The position numbers and the translations under genes were made by a program. A stretch of DNA of 64,000 nucleotides from Azolla caroliniana (Eukaryota; Plantae; Polypodiophyta). Below the pieces are notes generated by a model. The model was not told the origin of the DNA and ran no database searches. It worked only from the letters and a program-made list of their open reading frames with translations. Positions 62,401 through 64,000 of this stretch are shown here, piece after piece (within the stretch, counting starts at the first letter, position 1; each line of letters opens with the position of its first letter). The stretch is taken from contig JBHGNT010000005.1 of the NCBI GenBank assembly GCA_043228905.1, positions 5,270,001-5,334,000 on the forward strand. Direction: 5' to 3'.

Positions 62401-64000
62401 CTGGGTTAGGTTCTAGTTTTATTGTCAACCTACCATTCTCTTTTTGTGCTCCTTTTGTGTTTCTAAAAGTTATTTATATAGGTGGTGCTCCCCTTGTTGG
62501 CATTTGTAGCATGGTTATTAGTACTCTTTAGGCTTGATACTTTGAAGATCCCCTAAACATAGCAAAACTATTAGAATTTTCTAGCAATGTTGGTCATAAT
62601 ATTTACTTTGAATCAAACTCAATTATTCAAACGGATAAGGGTATTGGGACATAAGGAGGATAATCATCCTCTCCATCATTGGAGATACCCTATACTCTTA
62701 CAGTCTCCAATATAATACAATTAGGAACATCATGAATAACACCTAAGTTCAAGTCCATCTTCAATTTACTTGGAAAGCAAGAAGGATAAGCAACCCCTAT
62801 GTTGATGGTGATACTGTATTATACTTATCATCTTGAGTATAATACAATTAGGGCCATCATGCATAACACTTAAGTTTGAGTTCATCTTCAATTTACCATG
62901 AACACATTTGACTACGAAGCTTAGTTTGAACCGTTAATTGACCCTTGAGAATAATACTCCATGGTTAGTTGTCATTTGTAGTTGATACCCCTTGACTCAA
63001 TGAGAATTATTGGCAAACAATTAACCTTTCTCTCAAAAGATGGGCTATAACATTTAGTACTACCTACCGTTTTGTGATAACATACTCGTCTGTAATTTAA
63101 ACATAAAATAAGACTAGAAGCTATCAAAGGTAATATTATGCTACAACTATAAAGATAGTCAAGTCAAGTCACATTAATAATACTTTCACAAAAATAAACA
63201 AAGATGAATGAGAGCCATGTTTAAAAGAAAGGAACCTTTTTTCAATAAAAGTTTGTGGATATGCTTGTTTTTAATTTTGTCACATTTAAACATGACGAAT
63301 TGAAATAATAGGAGCCACGTTTAACTAAAAGGAACCAACTTCTATAAGTGGTCCTAGATATGATTGAGATTATTGACCAAAGTTGAATAAGATCATATTA
63401 ATTTAAGAAGTCCAAGATAAGCATATTTTTAGAGCAATTCAGAATAATAAAAACTCTTGGTTACTACTTGAAACGATCTTCTGTCGGTTCGTGTAAATTT
63501 CTAAAAAGTTCATCTATTGTGCTTTGACATAAAGTATTTGTCTTCACTTCATGATATTGAATTGCAAAACTCAGGAATTTCAAACACCTTTTGATAATAA
63601 AGGGAGTAATGTAACTTTTACTATACATGATTCAGCCACCCCCAAACAAAAGGTAAAGACATTATTAAAGGTTTGGGTATCATTGTTAATAATTCAAAAA
63701 ACGTGTCCGCCGTAGTAAGGCCTCAGACATTGAAAGGATCACAAAAGAGATTTCAAGAAATTGCTTGACGTGACCTTAGACGAAGGTGTGTTAATATCAC
63801 TAAAGGAGAATATGTGGAAATGCTAATTACTATCATTTCTATAAAATGCAATTTTTTGTAGTTTTTAAAGTTCCCCCAAGTCATCTTAAACAAATTTTCT
63901 GTGGTACAAAAGTTGCGCTATGAAATAGGACAAACAACCCAATCAAATAAAGATTTCAGCAAGAGGTTTCCGATGTTAGATTAAGCCTTAGAGGTGCCAA

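Larger units (their letters stand above)
44712..64000 (+). repeat. Near-identical direct copy of about 727-20209 (19.3 kb, running off the window end)
   Basis: Collinear throughout. The offset drifts from 43985 to 43791 through microsatellite and tandem-repeat length changes, and the ORF track is duplicated. Confidence 0.98.

Overview
Eukaryotic nuclear DNA from a land plant. It is AT-rich, full of microsatellites and has GT-AG introns, and the PPR architecture suggests a fern (inference). Bases 1-44611 carry a 5-exon GDSL esterase/lipase (+), a 6-exon signal-peptide cyclophilin (-) head-to-head with an intronless plastid type II peroxiredoxin (+), and a membrane-anchored protein with a 14-aa Cys/Pro/acidic tandem repeat (+). 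They also carry two divergent PLS-class PPR genes (one truncated, one with a decayed DYW domain behind its stop codon) and an ADT1/ADT2-type arogenate/prephenate dehydratase (+) cut off by a 100-N gap. Everything after the gap (44712-64000) is a near-identical second copy of about 727-20209, so it is either an uncollapsed haplotype or a very recent segmental duplication. The least expected signals are: an inverted, decayed, partly triplicated copy of one PPR gene's 5' end that forms the upstream region of the other PPR gene; a complex ADT leader (aromatic/Cys-rich uORFs, (GAA)22, His10 N-terminus); and several long foldbacks upstream of the GDSL gene. No clearly new multi-gene system can be demonstrated from sequence alone. 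All alignments and exon coordinates were read by eye.
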